This document shows, piece after piece, positions 45,810 to 54,854 of a DNA stretch of 64,000 nucleotides. Numbering within the stretch: position 1 is the first letter of the stretch; every line of letters begins with the position of its first letter. Where the stretch lies: positions 1 through 64,000 of the IMG/VR virus record IMGVR_UViG_3300040807_002082. One strand, given 5' to 3'. The notes beneath the pieces were generated by a model. The model was given only the letters and a program-made list of their open reading frames with translations, made no database searches and had not been told where the DNA came from. The DNA comes from a virus. The position numbers and the translations under genes are program-made.

Positions 45810-48248
45810 TTGATGTCAGAAGATGAGAAAAAAGAAAAAGAAAAGCGTAAAAGCTTCAAAGAATTTGATCCAACTAAGTATGTGGATGTTGAGCCTACAT
45901 TAGATGAGGCCGCAAAAGGAACTGCGGTTATTAGTTTTGGCCGAATGAATCCTGTTACTTCAGGACACGAAAGGCTTGTCAATAAAGTATTGGCGGTGGC
46001 TGCTCAAGCAAAAGGTACTCCACTCATTTATCTTTCTCATTCTGAAGATACAAGAAAGAATCCTTTATCATATAACGATAAAATCAAATTTGCCAAACAA
46101 GCGTTTGGTAGCGTTATTCAAAAATCCAAATCAAGAACAATTATTGAAGTAGCAAAAGAGCTATCTGGAAAATACGCAAACCTTATCGTTGTTGTAGGTT
46201 CAGACAGAGTTGCTGAATTTAATTCGCTTTTAAGTAAGTATAATGGTAAAGAATATAACTTTCAAGTAATTGATATACAGACCGCAGGTGCGCGCGATCC
46301 TGATTCTGAAGGCGTAGAAGGTATATCAGCATCTAAAATGCGTTCTTATGCCGCGGATAATGATCTTAATCAATTTAAAAAAGGTTTGCCAAAACGGCTG
46401 CAAAGAAATGCAGATGAAGTTATGAATGCAGTTAGACAAGGCATGAACATAAACGAGACACTAGAGATGGATGACTCAGAATTAAATGAAGTATTAGATA
46501 GACAACAACGTCGTGCAAAAGCAATTGCTATGCGTCGTGTTAAGCATAAGTTAAAACGCGGCCGTGAAAAAATGAAACGCAAAAAGGCAACAACCGAGAT
46601 CCTTAAGAAGCGTGCTACAAAGAAAGCCATAGCAACATTTAAAGATAAGTTTTCAAAGAATAAGCGTTATGCTGATATGGACGTTGCGCAAAAGATTCAA
46701 ATTGACAAAAAGATTGAGAAATTAGGCAAGGCTCGTATTGAACGCATCGCAAAGAAATTACTTCCAAAAGTTAAAGCGGCTGAAAGAGATAAGTTTAAGA
46801 AAAAGGCCATCGACAATCCTTTAACGCAAAAACAAGAATCTTATGAGATTAACGAAAAGATTAAGGTTGCGCAGGATAGAGATATTGATGATATGCCAGG
46901 TTCTCAGCCTGCAGGATATTACAAAGGTGTAGATAAAGATAAGAAAGATGATCGCGCCCGTCACTTTGCTCGTAAAGCAAAAATGGATGACGATAATCCT
47001 AAAGCATATACACCAGCACCCGGCGATAAAGAAGCAAAGACAAAACCATCAACATTTACGAAAAAATACAAAGCAATGTATGGAGAAATGAACGAATGGG
47101 TTTGCGGTCAATGCAATTGCGATCCTTGTACATGTGATAGCGATTTACTTGAGATGTGGGGATCATACGTAACAAAACGTCCTCATATGCTAATGGATCG
47201 GAATAATAAAGTCAAATACGATAAAAGATTCAAGATGTATAAGCCTGCGCATAAACCTGAAGACGATGCTGCAATTGAGGATGATACAATTGAAGAATCC
47301 GTATTCAGCGAGATTTCAAACCTAGAAGAGTTATTAGATTTAGTAGAATCTACTGAAGAAATGTTTGGCAATCTTGAAGAGAAACAGATTGAAGGTCTAA
47401 AGAATAAAGCTGACAAATCAGGAATGCCATATGGTATTTTGAAAAAGGTTTACGACCGAGGAATGGCAGCTTGGAGAACAGGACATCGACCAGGAACAAC
47501 TCCACAACAATGGGGTATGGCTCGAGTTAACTCATTCGTAACAAAGTCAAAAGGCACGTGGGGTAAAGCAGATTCTGACCTTGCGGCAAAAATTCGTAAA
47601 GAAGGAATAGAAGAAATGAATGAAGCAGCAACACCTCAGATGAAAAAGGCGGCCTCTGAAATTGAAGCATATGCAAAGAAAAGCGGTGGCATTGATAAAG
47701 CAGACTTTATGAAAGCAGCAAAGATGCTATCAACTGGCAAAGCAGGTTCAAGCTTTATTAAATTTGTAATGGATCTTGATACAGAACCACGTGAATGGTT
47801 AATCGTTACTCTTGCTAAACATATGGGCAAGGAAACTGTTGAAAAAATGTTCAGAATTAAAATTCGCGAAGAAGTTGAGCTTGATGAAACTTTATCACCA
47901 TCTGAAAAGAAACTTGTCAATCAAATGTATGATAAGAAAGGTAACCTTACTGCGATTGGTAAAAAGGTTATGAACCACGGTAAAAAGCCTGGTGATAAAG
48001 GTTATGTTGAATCAATTGACGAAATGTTTCCTGCGGTTGCAGCAATCGCTGGCCGTGCAGTTGCAGGCGCTGCGGCAAGAGCGATTGCCAAAAAGAAAAA
48101 AGATGAAGCTTCTGAATACGAGAAAACACGCCGTAAGACAATTAAATCTGTTGAGAGCTTTAAGCAATTCAGAGAAGAAGGCGGTGCTGGCGAAGAAGGT
48201 ACTGACGAGCTTGTAAAGAATTTCAAAAAGGACACGCCAAATGCCTAA
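45810..48248 (+). CDS. HIGH-superfamily (cytidyltransferase-like) nucleotidyltransferase fused to many small modules
   Basis: FGRMNP.TSGH, KNPL, VGSDRV, SASKMR; later VYDRG.AAW..GHRPG....W..ARVNSF module. Confidence 0.85.
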   Translation: MMSEDEKKEKEKRKSFKEFDPTKYVDVEPTLDEAAKGTAVISFGRMNPVTSGHERLVNKVLAVAAQAKGTPLIYLSHSEDTRKNPLSYNDKIKFAKQAFGSVIQKSKSRTIIEVAKELSGKYANLIVVVGSDRVAEFNSLLSKYNGKEYNFQVIDIQTAGARDPDSEGVEGISASKMRSYAADNDLNQFKKGLPKRLQRNADEVMNAVRQGMNINETLEMDDSELNEVLDRQQRRAKAIAMRRVKHKLKRGREKMKRKKATTEILKKRATKKAIATFKDKFSKNKRYADMDVAQKIQIDKKIEKLGKARIERIAKKLLPKVKAAERDKFKKKAIDNPLTQKQESYEINEKIKVAQDRDIDDMPGSQPAGYYKGVDKDKKDDRARHFARKAKMDDDNPKAYTPAPGDKEAKTKPSTFTKKYKAMYGEMNEWVCGQCNCDPCTCDSDLLEMWGSYVTKRPHMLMDRNNKVKYDKRFKMYKPAHKPEDDAAIEDDTIEESVFSEISNLEELLDLVESTEEMFGNLEEKQIEGLKNKADKSGMPYGILKKVYDRGMAAWRTGHRPGTTPQQWGMARVNSFVTKSKGTWGKADSDLAAKIRKEGIEEMNEAATPQMKKAASEIEAYAKKSGGIDKADFMKAAKMLSTGKAGSSFIKFVMDLDTEPREWLIVTLAKHMGKETVEKMFRIKIREEVELDETLSPSEKKLVNQMYDKKGNLTAIGKKVMNHGKKPGDKGYVESIDEMFPAVAAIAGRAVAGAAARAIAKKKKDEASEYEKTRRKTIKSVESFKQFREEGGAGEEGTDELVKNFKKDTPNA

Positions 48249-48342
48249 GAAGCCTTTAAAGGAAGCAATTAAAGAAGCTACCGAAAAAGGTAAGTATGCG
48301 CCTCCTAGGCCAAAGAAAGTAACTGGCAGGAAAAAGAAATGA
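48241..48342 (+). CDS. 33-aa basic peptide
   Basis: Hand translation MPKKPLKEAIKEATEKGKYAPPRPKKVTGRKKK; overlaps both neighbours. Confidence 0.55.
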   Translation: MPKKPLKEAIKEATEKGKYAPPRPKKVTGRKKK

Positions 48343-48662
48343 AACGTTTTAAACAATACCTAGATGAAGATTGTTGGTCAGGATATAAACAGGTCGGCAT
48401 GAAAAAGAAAGGTGACAAGATGGTACCTAACTGTGTACCTGAAGAAGCGGAGATTGAAGAAGGTTCTGAAACTTGGGAGCAAGGTTATAAACGCCGTGTT
48501 GTAAAAACAACTAAACCTGAACATAAAGAAAAAGGTTATAATTGGCGTATTAAAGGTAAAGATCGTCCTGAAATTTCAATTAAACTTTATAAAGAAAAGC
48601 CATCTCAACAAGAGTTTAACAAACAAATGAAAAGAGTAGCGGGGCACGAGTTCGGTGGATAA
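48339..48662 (+). CDS. putative internal head protein
   Basis: MKRFKQYLDE; CW.GYKQVGMK.K....VPNCVP module. Confidence 0.8.
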   Translation: MKRFKQYLDEDCWSGYKQVGMKKKGDKMVPNCVPEEAEIEEGSETWEQGYKRRVVKTTKPEHKEKGYNWRIKGKDRPEISIKLYKEKPSQQEFNKQMKRVAGHEFGG

Positions 48663-49011
48663 GTTTAGTAAATATACAGAAGATCGTATTGATGCCATTT
48701 GTGAAGAATGCAGCATCTACGATGATTTGATTATTGAGGCGGCCGAATACGAAGGCAAGAAAGTAGAATTGAATAATCCTATTCGTACCTCTGAGGTTCC
48801 TTCAAAGAAATTTAAAGTATACGTCAAAAATGAAAAGGGTAATGTTGTTGTTGTCCGTTTTGGCGATCCGAAAATGGAAATTAAAAGAGATGATCCTGCG
48901 CGTAGAAAAAGCTTTAGAGCAAGACATAATTGTGCAGATCCAGGTCCTAAGTGGAAAGCAAGATACTGGAGTTGCTATCAATGGCGTGCAGGCGCCAATG
49001 TAGATAATTAA
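48655..49011 (+). CDS. putative internal head protein
   Basis: KKFKVYV, FGD..M, RKSFRARH.C, ARYWSC. Confidence 0.8.
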   Translation: MDKFSKYTEDRIDAICEECSIYDDLIIEAAEYEGKKVELNNPIRTSEVPSKKFKVYVKNEKGNVVVVRFGDPKMEIKRDDPARRKSFRARHNCADPGPKWKARYWSCYQWRAGANVDN

Positions 49012-49055
49012 ATAAATATAGTCGGATATTGATTAAACCTTAAAGGAAACAAACA

Positions 49056-49217
49056 ATGAAACGCTTTAAAGCACACCTCGAGGAAAAAGAGCCTGATACT
49101 CTTGCTATGTTAGCCGCCAAAGAAAAAGGCAAAAAAGACGCTGAGAAAAAGGACGACGAGGAAGAAAAAGAATCTCAACCTAAAAAAGATAAAGAGGAAA
49201 AACCAAATGAAGATTAA
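49056..49217 (+). CDS. 53-aa charged protein with capsid-targeting-like N-terminus
   Basis: Hand translation MKRFKAHLEEKEPDTLAMLAAKEKGKKD...; SD AAAGGA. Confidence 0.7.
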   Translation: MKRFKAHLEEKEPDTLAMLAAKEKGKKDAEKKDDEEEKESQPKKDKEEKPNED

Positions 49218-49815
49218 TGTAGCAAAGGCATTCATCGAAAGACTTGATGAGGCAAAAGTTTTTATTCAAGTAACCGACCCTAAAGATGCTATTGCTGCAT
49301 TGAAAAAGGCTGGGGTCCGTGCCACACCTGATAAGAAAATGGACGACGAAATTGTTGTTGATTCCAAAGATAAGAAAAAGGTTGTCGCATGGATGCTGAA
49401 GAGCGGTTGGGAAAAACAAGATATCGAAGATCTTTATCCTAAGTTGATGGAAGACAACACAAACGATGTTTCCGATGACGGCGACGAAATGGACAAAGTT
49501 CAGCCTAAAGCATTAAAGAAAAAATTCAAAGATCGTAAAGATAAAGATATTGATAACGATGGCAAGGTTGATGACTCAGACGAGTATTTACACAACCGCC
49601 GCAAAGCAGTATCAAAGGCAGTTAAAGAAGAGACTGTAACTGAAGCCACTGATCTTTACGACAAAGGCGGCATCCAAATGACTCGTTTCTCAATGGGAAA
49701 AGGAGCAATGGGTTTGCAGATTAATTATGGTGGTAAGTATATTCAAGTACCAGAAAAAGATATCAAGACTCTTGCAGGCGCTTTATCTAAATTGAAATTC
49801 CGCCAAGGAATGTAA
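49207..49815 (+). CDS. putative prohead core/internal protein
   Basis: DKDIDNDGKVDDSDEYLHNRRKAV EF-hand-like module; LDE/A, LME/D, VTE/A. Confidence 0.75.
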   Translation: MKINVAKAFIERLDEAKVFIQVTDPKDAIAALKKAGVRATPDKKMDDEIVVDSKDKKKVVAWMLKSGWEKQDIEDLYPKLMEDNTNDVSDDGDEMDKVQPKALKKKFKDRKDKDIDNDGKVDDSDEYLHNRRKAVSKAVKEETVTEATDLYDKGGIQMTRFSMGKGAMGLQINYGGKYIQVPEKDIKTLAGALSKLKFRQGM

Positions 49816-49854
49816 TAAATATAACTATAATAAACCCAAACAAGGAGAAAAGCA

Positions 49855-50172
49855 ATGGCACTTTGGGGAAAAACCGACGCAGTAGGATCAGTTCCAAAAT
49901 ATTTGGAAGACGATGCGAATAACACAAACAAGTCACACGACAAAGACAACGCAATCTTTGTAGACTTAACAGAGGCAGGCGTAGCAGCTAACCGTGCAAA
50001 AGGTATTAAAACACCTGGTTGGAACCTGTATAATACTTACACAACAGCTGACGGCCGTACACGTCACATTGTAGAACCATTGGTAACAATGAAAGTATCA
50101 CAGGCTGATGCAGGTGACTTAGGTGTAACAGGTAATACAGCGATTGAAGATACTATCGTGGCTGACAGCTAA
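49855..50172 (+). CDS. putative virion protein
   Basis: MALWGKTD, G..TPGW..Y......G..R...E.LV; late promoter upstream. Confidence 0.75.
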   Translation: MALWGKTDAVGSVPKYLEDDANNTNKSHDKDNAIFVDLTEAGVAANRAKGIKTPGWNLYNTYTTADGRTRHIVEPLVTMKVSQADAGDLGVTGNTAIEDTIVADS

Positions 50173-50189
50173 TACTTGGTTGATATATA

Positions 50190-50564
50190 ATGAAATTAAC
50201 GGAAGCAACCTTTCTGTTATATGCTGCCCAACATTATGATAATCCTCAATGTTCAGACGTAACTGAGTTTGAAGAGGATCTGAAAAGATTTCAGTATTTG
50301 AGAAAATTGTTCGGTCGATATAGACAAGACAAGGATCTTAAAGAAAGGTTGATTCTGAACCACTTGATTATCATATATAATGTATTTGGGCCTGATGCAA
50401 CGAACCTACTTTTTATGAAGTTAGGCGAATACCATGAATACTTAAAACCATTTGTTGAATATTTGAACTTTATGCCATTGGAAATTCGTTATGATGATGT
50501 TGTTTTAAGTAAACATAATATTGTGTCAGACAAGCATATAGTGGAAAAACTTAAAGGAATTTGA
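50190..50564 (+). CDS. conserved T4-like hypothetical protein
   Basis: YDNPQC....F.EDL.RF.Y, RLILNH.I..YNVFG. Confidence 0.85.
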   Translation: MKLTEATFLLYAAQHYDNPQCSDVTEFEEDLKRFQYLRKLFGRYRQDKDLKERLILNHLIIIYNVFGPDATNLLFMKLGEYHEYLKPFVEYLNFMPLEIRYDDVVLSKHNIVSDKHIVEKLKGI

Positions 50565-51337
50565 CGATGGTCGTCGACTTATTTTTAGTATATCAATTTA
50601 TTCGTCGATTGGCAACACCTTTCGAGAACTGGGATGCCTACAAGTTAGGTATTATTGATAAAGACGGCAAAGTCTTAAAACCTCGTAAAACACTCAAAAC
50701 CAAAAAGGAAGAACAGGCGTGGGGTCTTTATGACATTATGCTTGCTAACATCAAAAAGTTGTTAGCCAAGGTTCCTGGTGGTAGTACAAAGTTGGCATCT
50801 TATGCTGCAGCGTTATTTCTAATTAAGGAATATAAACATTTTACAGATGAATCTTTAATTACAGAAGATATGGATGAATCTGATATTGACAATGTTCTAT
50901 TAGAATTTCAAAACCGATATGGTTATTATAACACACTCGCAGAGAATGTCAATGGATTTAGTGAATTAAATGAGGCAAAAGTACGGTGGAAAAAAGCAGG
51001 ATCTAACGGCGAAATCGAAGCAACCATCGGCGGAAAAAAATATCAAATTGAAAAGGCTTTAGATCATAACGAACGTCACAAAGGTGAATGGAAGGTTATG
51101 GTCTGGGATAAGCGTCGAGAAAGTTGGGAATGGGAAACTACCGAATACGGTAAGGCAAATGCTAAAGCATGGATTATGGACAGAATGGAAGAAGATGTTT
51201 CTGTCGGAAGTGGTGCAATTGCAGGTTTAGGTGTAGGTCCTGATGGAGAACCTGGGGTAACTCCTGCTCAAGCCAAAAAATACAAGAAAAAGAATAAGTC
51301 AAAAATGTTAAGCTTTAAGGAGAAAATGAAAAAATGA
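50561..51337 (+). CDS. conserved T4-like hypothetical protein
   Basis: L.TPF..W.AY.LGIID..G, YAAAL.LIKE. Confidence 0.8.
   Translation: MTMVVDLFLVYQFIRRLATPFENWDAYKLGIIDKDGKVLKPRKTLKTKKEEQAWGLYDIMLANIKKLLAKVPGGSTKLASYAAALFLIKEYKHFTDESLITEDMDESDIDNVLLEFQNRYGYYNTLAENVNGFSELNEAKVRWKKAGSNGEIEATIGGKKYQIEKALDHNERHKGEWKVMVWDKRRESWEWETTEYGKANAKAWIMDRMEEDVSVGSGAIAGLGVGPDGEPGVTPAQAKKYKKKNKSKMLSFKEKMKK
50925..50952 (-). promoter_or_regulatory. intragenic antisense sigma70-type promoter
   Basis: TTGACA-16-TATAAT with extended TGn on - strand. Confidence 0.55.
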
Positions 51338-52191
51338 TTAGTTTGGAACAGTTTAGCGCAATGATTCCAAAGAACCGTAACCCAGAAGAATGGTATGAGG
51401 CTGCGGTTCCTTTATTTGAGCAATATGAAATCAATACAGTAAATCGTATTGCTGGATTTATGGCACAATGTGCTCACGAGTCTATGGACTTTACACGTTT
51501 GGAAGAAAATCTAAACTATAGTGAAAAAGCATTGAATTCTGTATTTGGACGTTACTTTGGCGAAGGAAAAAGAGATGCCGCAGAATACGCAAGAAACCCA
51601 GAAAAAATCGCAAACTACGTATACCAAGACGAGTTCAGATCTAAGCGAGGACAGATGGGTAACACAGAACCTGGCGATGGCTGGTTATTTAGAGGTCGAG
51701 GTATCAAACAGCTTACGGGCCGAAATAACTACACTGCCTTCGGCAAAACCGTCGGTATGTCAGCCGAAGAAGCTGCTGAATATGTAGCAACACCGCAAGG
51801 TGCTATTGAATCTGCTTGCTGGTTTTGGAAAACAAACAAATTAGAAAAATGGGCAGACGCTGGTGATAACGTAGGTCTTACTAAAAAGATCAACGGTGGT
51901 ACAATTGGATTAGACGATCGTAACCGTCGTTGGGAAGAAGCATTGGGCATTCTAGGTGGTGAATATACTCCTCCTGCTCCAAAAGCTGCACCGAAACCTG
52001 CCGGTAAAAGAACTCTTCGCCGTGGTATGAAAGGCGATGATGTTGCTGCAATGCAAAAGGTATTAGGAGTTGCTGCTGATGGCGATTTCGGATTTGGTAC
52101 ATTAACTGCTGTTAAAAAATGGCAAAAAACAAACGGTTTGGCTGCCGATGGGATTGTTGGTCCTGCAACCCAAGCCAAAATGTTCGGATAA
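51334..52191 (+). CDS. endolysin: GH19 domain plus C-terminal peptidoglycan-binding domain
   Basis: AQCAHES, EENLNYS, FRGRG.KQLTGR.NY, INGG..G; DGDFG...DGIVGP.T. Confidence 0.92.
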   Translation: MISLEQFSAMIPKNRNPEEWYEAAVPLFEQYEINTVNRIAGFMAQCAHESMDFTRLEENLNYSEKALNSVFGRYFGEGKRDAAEYARNPEKIANYVYQDEFRSKRGQMGNTEPGDGWLFRGRGIKQLTGRNNYTAFGKTVGMSAEEAAEYVATPQGAIESACWFWKTNKLEKWADAGDNVGLTKKINGGTIGLDDRNRRWEEALGILGGEYTPPAPKAAPKPAGKRTLRRGMKGDDVAAMQKVLGVAADGDFGFGTLTAVKKWQKTNGLAADGIVGPATQAKMFG

Positions 52192-52233
52192 TATAAATAC
52201 AATATCCAAACCATTAAACAAAGGAGAAAGACA

Positions 52234-52434
52234 ATGTCTTTAGAAAAAATCATCGCTGAAGCGATTGACGGAAACCCTCTTAACGTAAAAGAGTTGTTTG
52301 AAGAAGAAATGCAAAAGCGCGTCGCCGCTGCCTTGGAAGAAAAGTACAAAAAAGCCAAGATGGACGAAGAAGACGACGAAGATGAAGATGATGATGACGA
52401 AGATGAAGATGATGAGGATGAAGACGAGGAATAA
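52234..52434 (+). CDS. small acidic prohead core protein (gp67-like)
   Basis: 66 aa, D/E tail; late promoter at 52192. Confidence 0.65.
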   Translation: MSLEKIIAEAIDGNPLNVKELFEEEMQKRVAAALEEKYKKAKMDEEDDEDEDDDDEDEDDEDEDEE

Positions 52435-52450
52435 ACTCGTTTTTTAAATC

Positions 52451-52951
52451 ATGCTTGCGTACATCAAAATTGGAATTGTTGTAGTAATTTTAGCAACCGG
52501 CGGTGTCGGCTATCTATACGTCCAAAAGCTGCAATCTGATTTGCAGACAGCCCGAGCAAACGTGGCAAAAATGGAAGTAGCAGTAGCGACCGCCGAAGCT
52601 AGTATTGCGACATTACAACAAGATGCCGCAAAGATGGCTGAACTCAACAATAAATTGTCTTCTGATTTACAAAAAGCTGAAGCGTACGGCGACGATTTGC
52701 GTGGTAAACTTCAAAGACATAATTTAACGGCTTTGGCTCTTAAAGAACCTGGCCAACTTGAAGGAAAGATGAATGGCGCGACTGCAAAGTTATGGCGTTC
52801 GCTCGAGCAAGATACTGGCGGTGCTGGCGATGATCCTCTTCCTTCCTGGTTGCAGCGCTCTCCTCCTCGGGAAGCCGGAACCGGAAGTGAAAGTGGTGAC
52901 ACAGATCCAGAAAACGACAGTACCGACGGTAGCTCGGCCGAAACCAATTAA
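52451..52951 (+). CDS. inner-membrane spanin (Rz-like)
   Basis: N-terminal TM, long periplasmic coiled coil. Confidence 0.75.
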   Translation: MLAYIKIGIVVVILATGGVGYLYVQKLQSDLQTARANVAKMEVAVATAEASIATLQQDAAKMAELNNKLSSDLQKAEAYGDDLRGKLQRHNLTALALKEPGQLEGKMNGATAKLWRSLEQDTGGAGDDPLPSWLQRSPPREAGTGSESGDTDPENDSTDGSSAETN

Positions 52952-53171
52952 TTTAACAGACACACGTTTATACGTTGTCAATACTGGTAATCTTGAAGAA
53001 TTCTTAACGGAATTTGAAGAGGTCAATGGCAACCGAGCGTTTATCGCGTTTAGTGTTAAAGATTATGAAAATCTTTCTCTAAACATTGCTGAATTACGTA
53101 GATACATTAAACAGCAAGGCGAGATAATTATTTACTACGAAGAGGCGGTTAAACCCGAAGAACCTGAATAA
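52773..53171 (+). CDS. outer-membrane lipoprotein spanin (Rz1-like), overlapping
   Basis: Lipobox LPGC after hydrophobic core; Pro-rich; overlaps i-spanin by 179 nt. Confidence 0.78.
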   Translation: MARLQSYGVRSSKILAVLAMILFLPGCSALLLGKPEPEVKVVTQIQKTTVPTVARPKPINLTDTRLYVVNTGNLEEFLTEFEEVNGNRAFIAFSVKDYENLSLNIAELRRYIKQQGEIIIYYEEAVKPEEPE

Positions 53172-53211
53172 ATAGTTATATAAAATAACAAGCTTTAGAC
53201 TATGAGAAAGT

Positions 53212-53237
53212 GGCCGCCTTATAAGTGGCCTTTTTTT
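53212..53237 (+). terminator. intrinsic terminator
   Basis: GGCCGC-loop-GTGGCC followed by T-run. Confidence 0.7.
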
Positions 53238-53257
53238 ATATACAAGGTAGCAAATAG

Positions 53258-53752
53258 ATGGAAGACCAAATAGTAGAAATGAAGACAGACATAGCTCTTA
53301 TTAAAGCCGATGTGCAAAACATTCAAAGGTTTTTCACAAAGGTAGAAGCGTCTTTAGATATGATGGCCGAATTGTCTAAAAAAGTTGCTGTTCAGGATGA
53401 AATAATCAAAAATACGGTTGACAAACTCGAAGATCTTGATACAATGGTACAAGAGCATAGGGTTGAAGACCAAGAACGTGCTCAGCGTATGATGGATCGC
53501 TTAGATGAATACCGCGCCGCGGCATATCAAGACCATCAACGTTTGGCAGATCATACTGCTACAAAAAGAGAAGCTCATAATCGCATTATCATTGATGAGC
53601 TGCGTGAAATGAAACAAATGATGGAAGACAGGTTTGATGAACAAGATGAAAAGATTCAAGATCTTCAGCGTTGGAAGTATTACGCAATGGGTGCGATTGG
53701 TGTAGCTATGTTTGTGATGGTAGAAATGAATTGGCAATTAATGTTTGGATAA
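53258..53752 (+). CDS. coiled-coil protein with C-terminal TM helix
   Basis: 164 aa; L..WKY...GA.....hydrophobic tail. Confidence 0.75.
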   Translation: MEDQIVEMKTDIALIKADVQNIQRFFTKVEASLDMMAELSKKVAVQDEIIKNTVDKLEDLDTMVQEHRVEDQERAQRMMDRLDEYRAAAYQDHQRLADHTATKREAHNRIIIDELREMKQMMEDRFDEQDEKIQDLQRWKYYAMGAIGVAMFVMVEMNWQLMFG

Positions 53753-53827
53753 AGGAAATTAACCATTGACATTTGGCCCTGATCCGATTATAATCTAACA
53801 ATAAGATTATAGATTGAGTTTTACATT

Positions 53828-54841
53828 ATGGTTGACTTTACAGATTTGAAGTATGCGCAGATGATGTCTGGCAGGTTGGAAAACTTCCGCATACGAAATC
53901 GCTCACCTTACAAAATTAACTTCAGATGTCCTATCTGTGGTGATTCCCAAAAATCAAGGTCTAAGGCCCGTGGATGGCTGTTAGAAAAGAAAGATAGTTT
54001 CCATTACTATTGCCATAACTGTGGTGCCAGTCAATCCTTCCAGTTCTTTCTGAAGTCCCAGGATCCTATGACGTATAATGATTACGTCGCCGAAAAGTTT
54101 GTGAACAAAGCAAATAACTCAATTAAAACAACAGAGTCAGATGTTACACAGTTCCAAACAAAGCAACCAGTGTTCCAAAAAAATCCACTAAAAAAATTGA
54201 AAAAGGTAAGTCAATTACCCCATAATCATGCGATAGTGAGATATATAAAACAAAGGAGAATTCCAACTCATCATCATTATAGGCTGTACTTTGCGCCAAA
54301 ATTCAAAACCTGGATCAACGAAATCTTGCCAGGTAAATTTGAAAATGTTGGCAAAGATGAAGCTCGTTTGGTTATACCATTCCTTGATGAAAAAGGTAAA
54401 GTCTTTGGCGTTTCAGCGCGTGGGTTTGACCCTAATGGCATACGTTATATAACGATTATGTTTGATGAAAGGCCAAAGATTTTTGGTCTTGATAAAGTAA
54501 ACTTCAGCCATCCATATTATATTGTGGAAGGTGCAATTGATAGTTTCTTTTTAGAAAATGCAGTAGCAATGGCAGGAGCCGAAGGAACAACGAAAGGAGT
54601 TCAACAACCCGAGAATGCGATTTTTGTATTTGATGCCGAACCTCGTAACAGAGAAATCCATAAGCGTATGGAAAAGGTTATCAAAAATGGTTACAAGATC
54701 TGCATTTGGCCTAATGATTTACCAGGCAAAGATATAAATGAAATGTACCTCGCAGGTTTAAATCCTGAAAAGATTATTGAAGAAAATACACACAAAGGCT
54801 TACAAGCCGAATTGAAATTTGCCGAATGGCGAAAAGTTTAA
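53828..54841 (+). CDS. 61: DNA primase gp61
   Basis: RCPICGDS....KAR, CHNCG, VEG.IDS.F, D.EPRN, KDINEM. Confidence 0.95.
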   Translation: MVDFTDLKYAQMMSGRLENFRIRNRSPYKINFRCPICGDSQKSRSKARGWLLEKKDSFHYYCHNCGASQSFQFFLKSQDPMTYNDYVAEKFVNKANNSIKTTESDVTQFQTKQPVFQKNPLKKLKKVSQLPHNHAIVRYIKQRRIPTHHHYRLYFAPKFKTWINEILPGKFENVGKDEARLVIPFLDEKGKVFGVSARGFDPNGIRYITIMFDERPKIFGLDKVNFSHPYYIVEGAIDSFFLENAVAMAGAEGTTKGVQQPENAIFVFDAEPRNREIHKRMEKVIKNGYKICIWPNDLPGKDINEMYLAGLNPEKIIEENTHKGLQAELKFAEWRKV

Positions 54842-54854
54842 GGAGCAATATAAA

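Noticed and set aside
51729-52358. 209-aa - strand ORF
   Set aside because: Antisense shadow of the endolysin; no recognisable motifs.
52362-52431. GAY/GAR triplet repeat
   Set aside because: Encodes an Asp/Glu tail; not a CRISPR or satellite.
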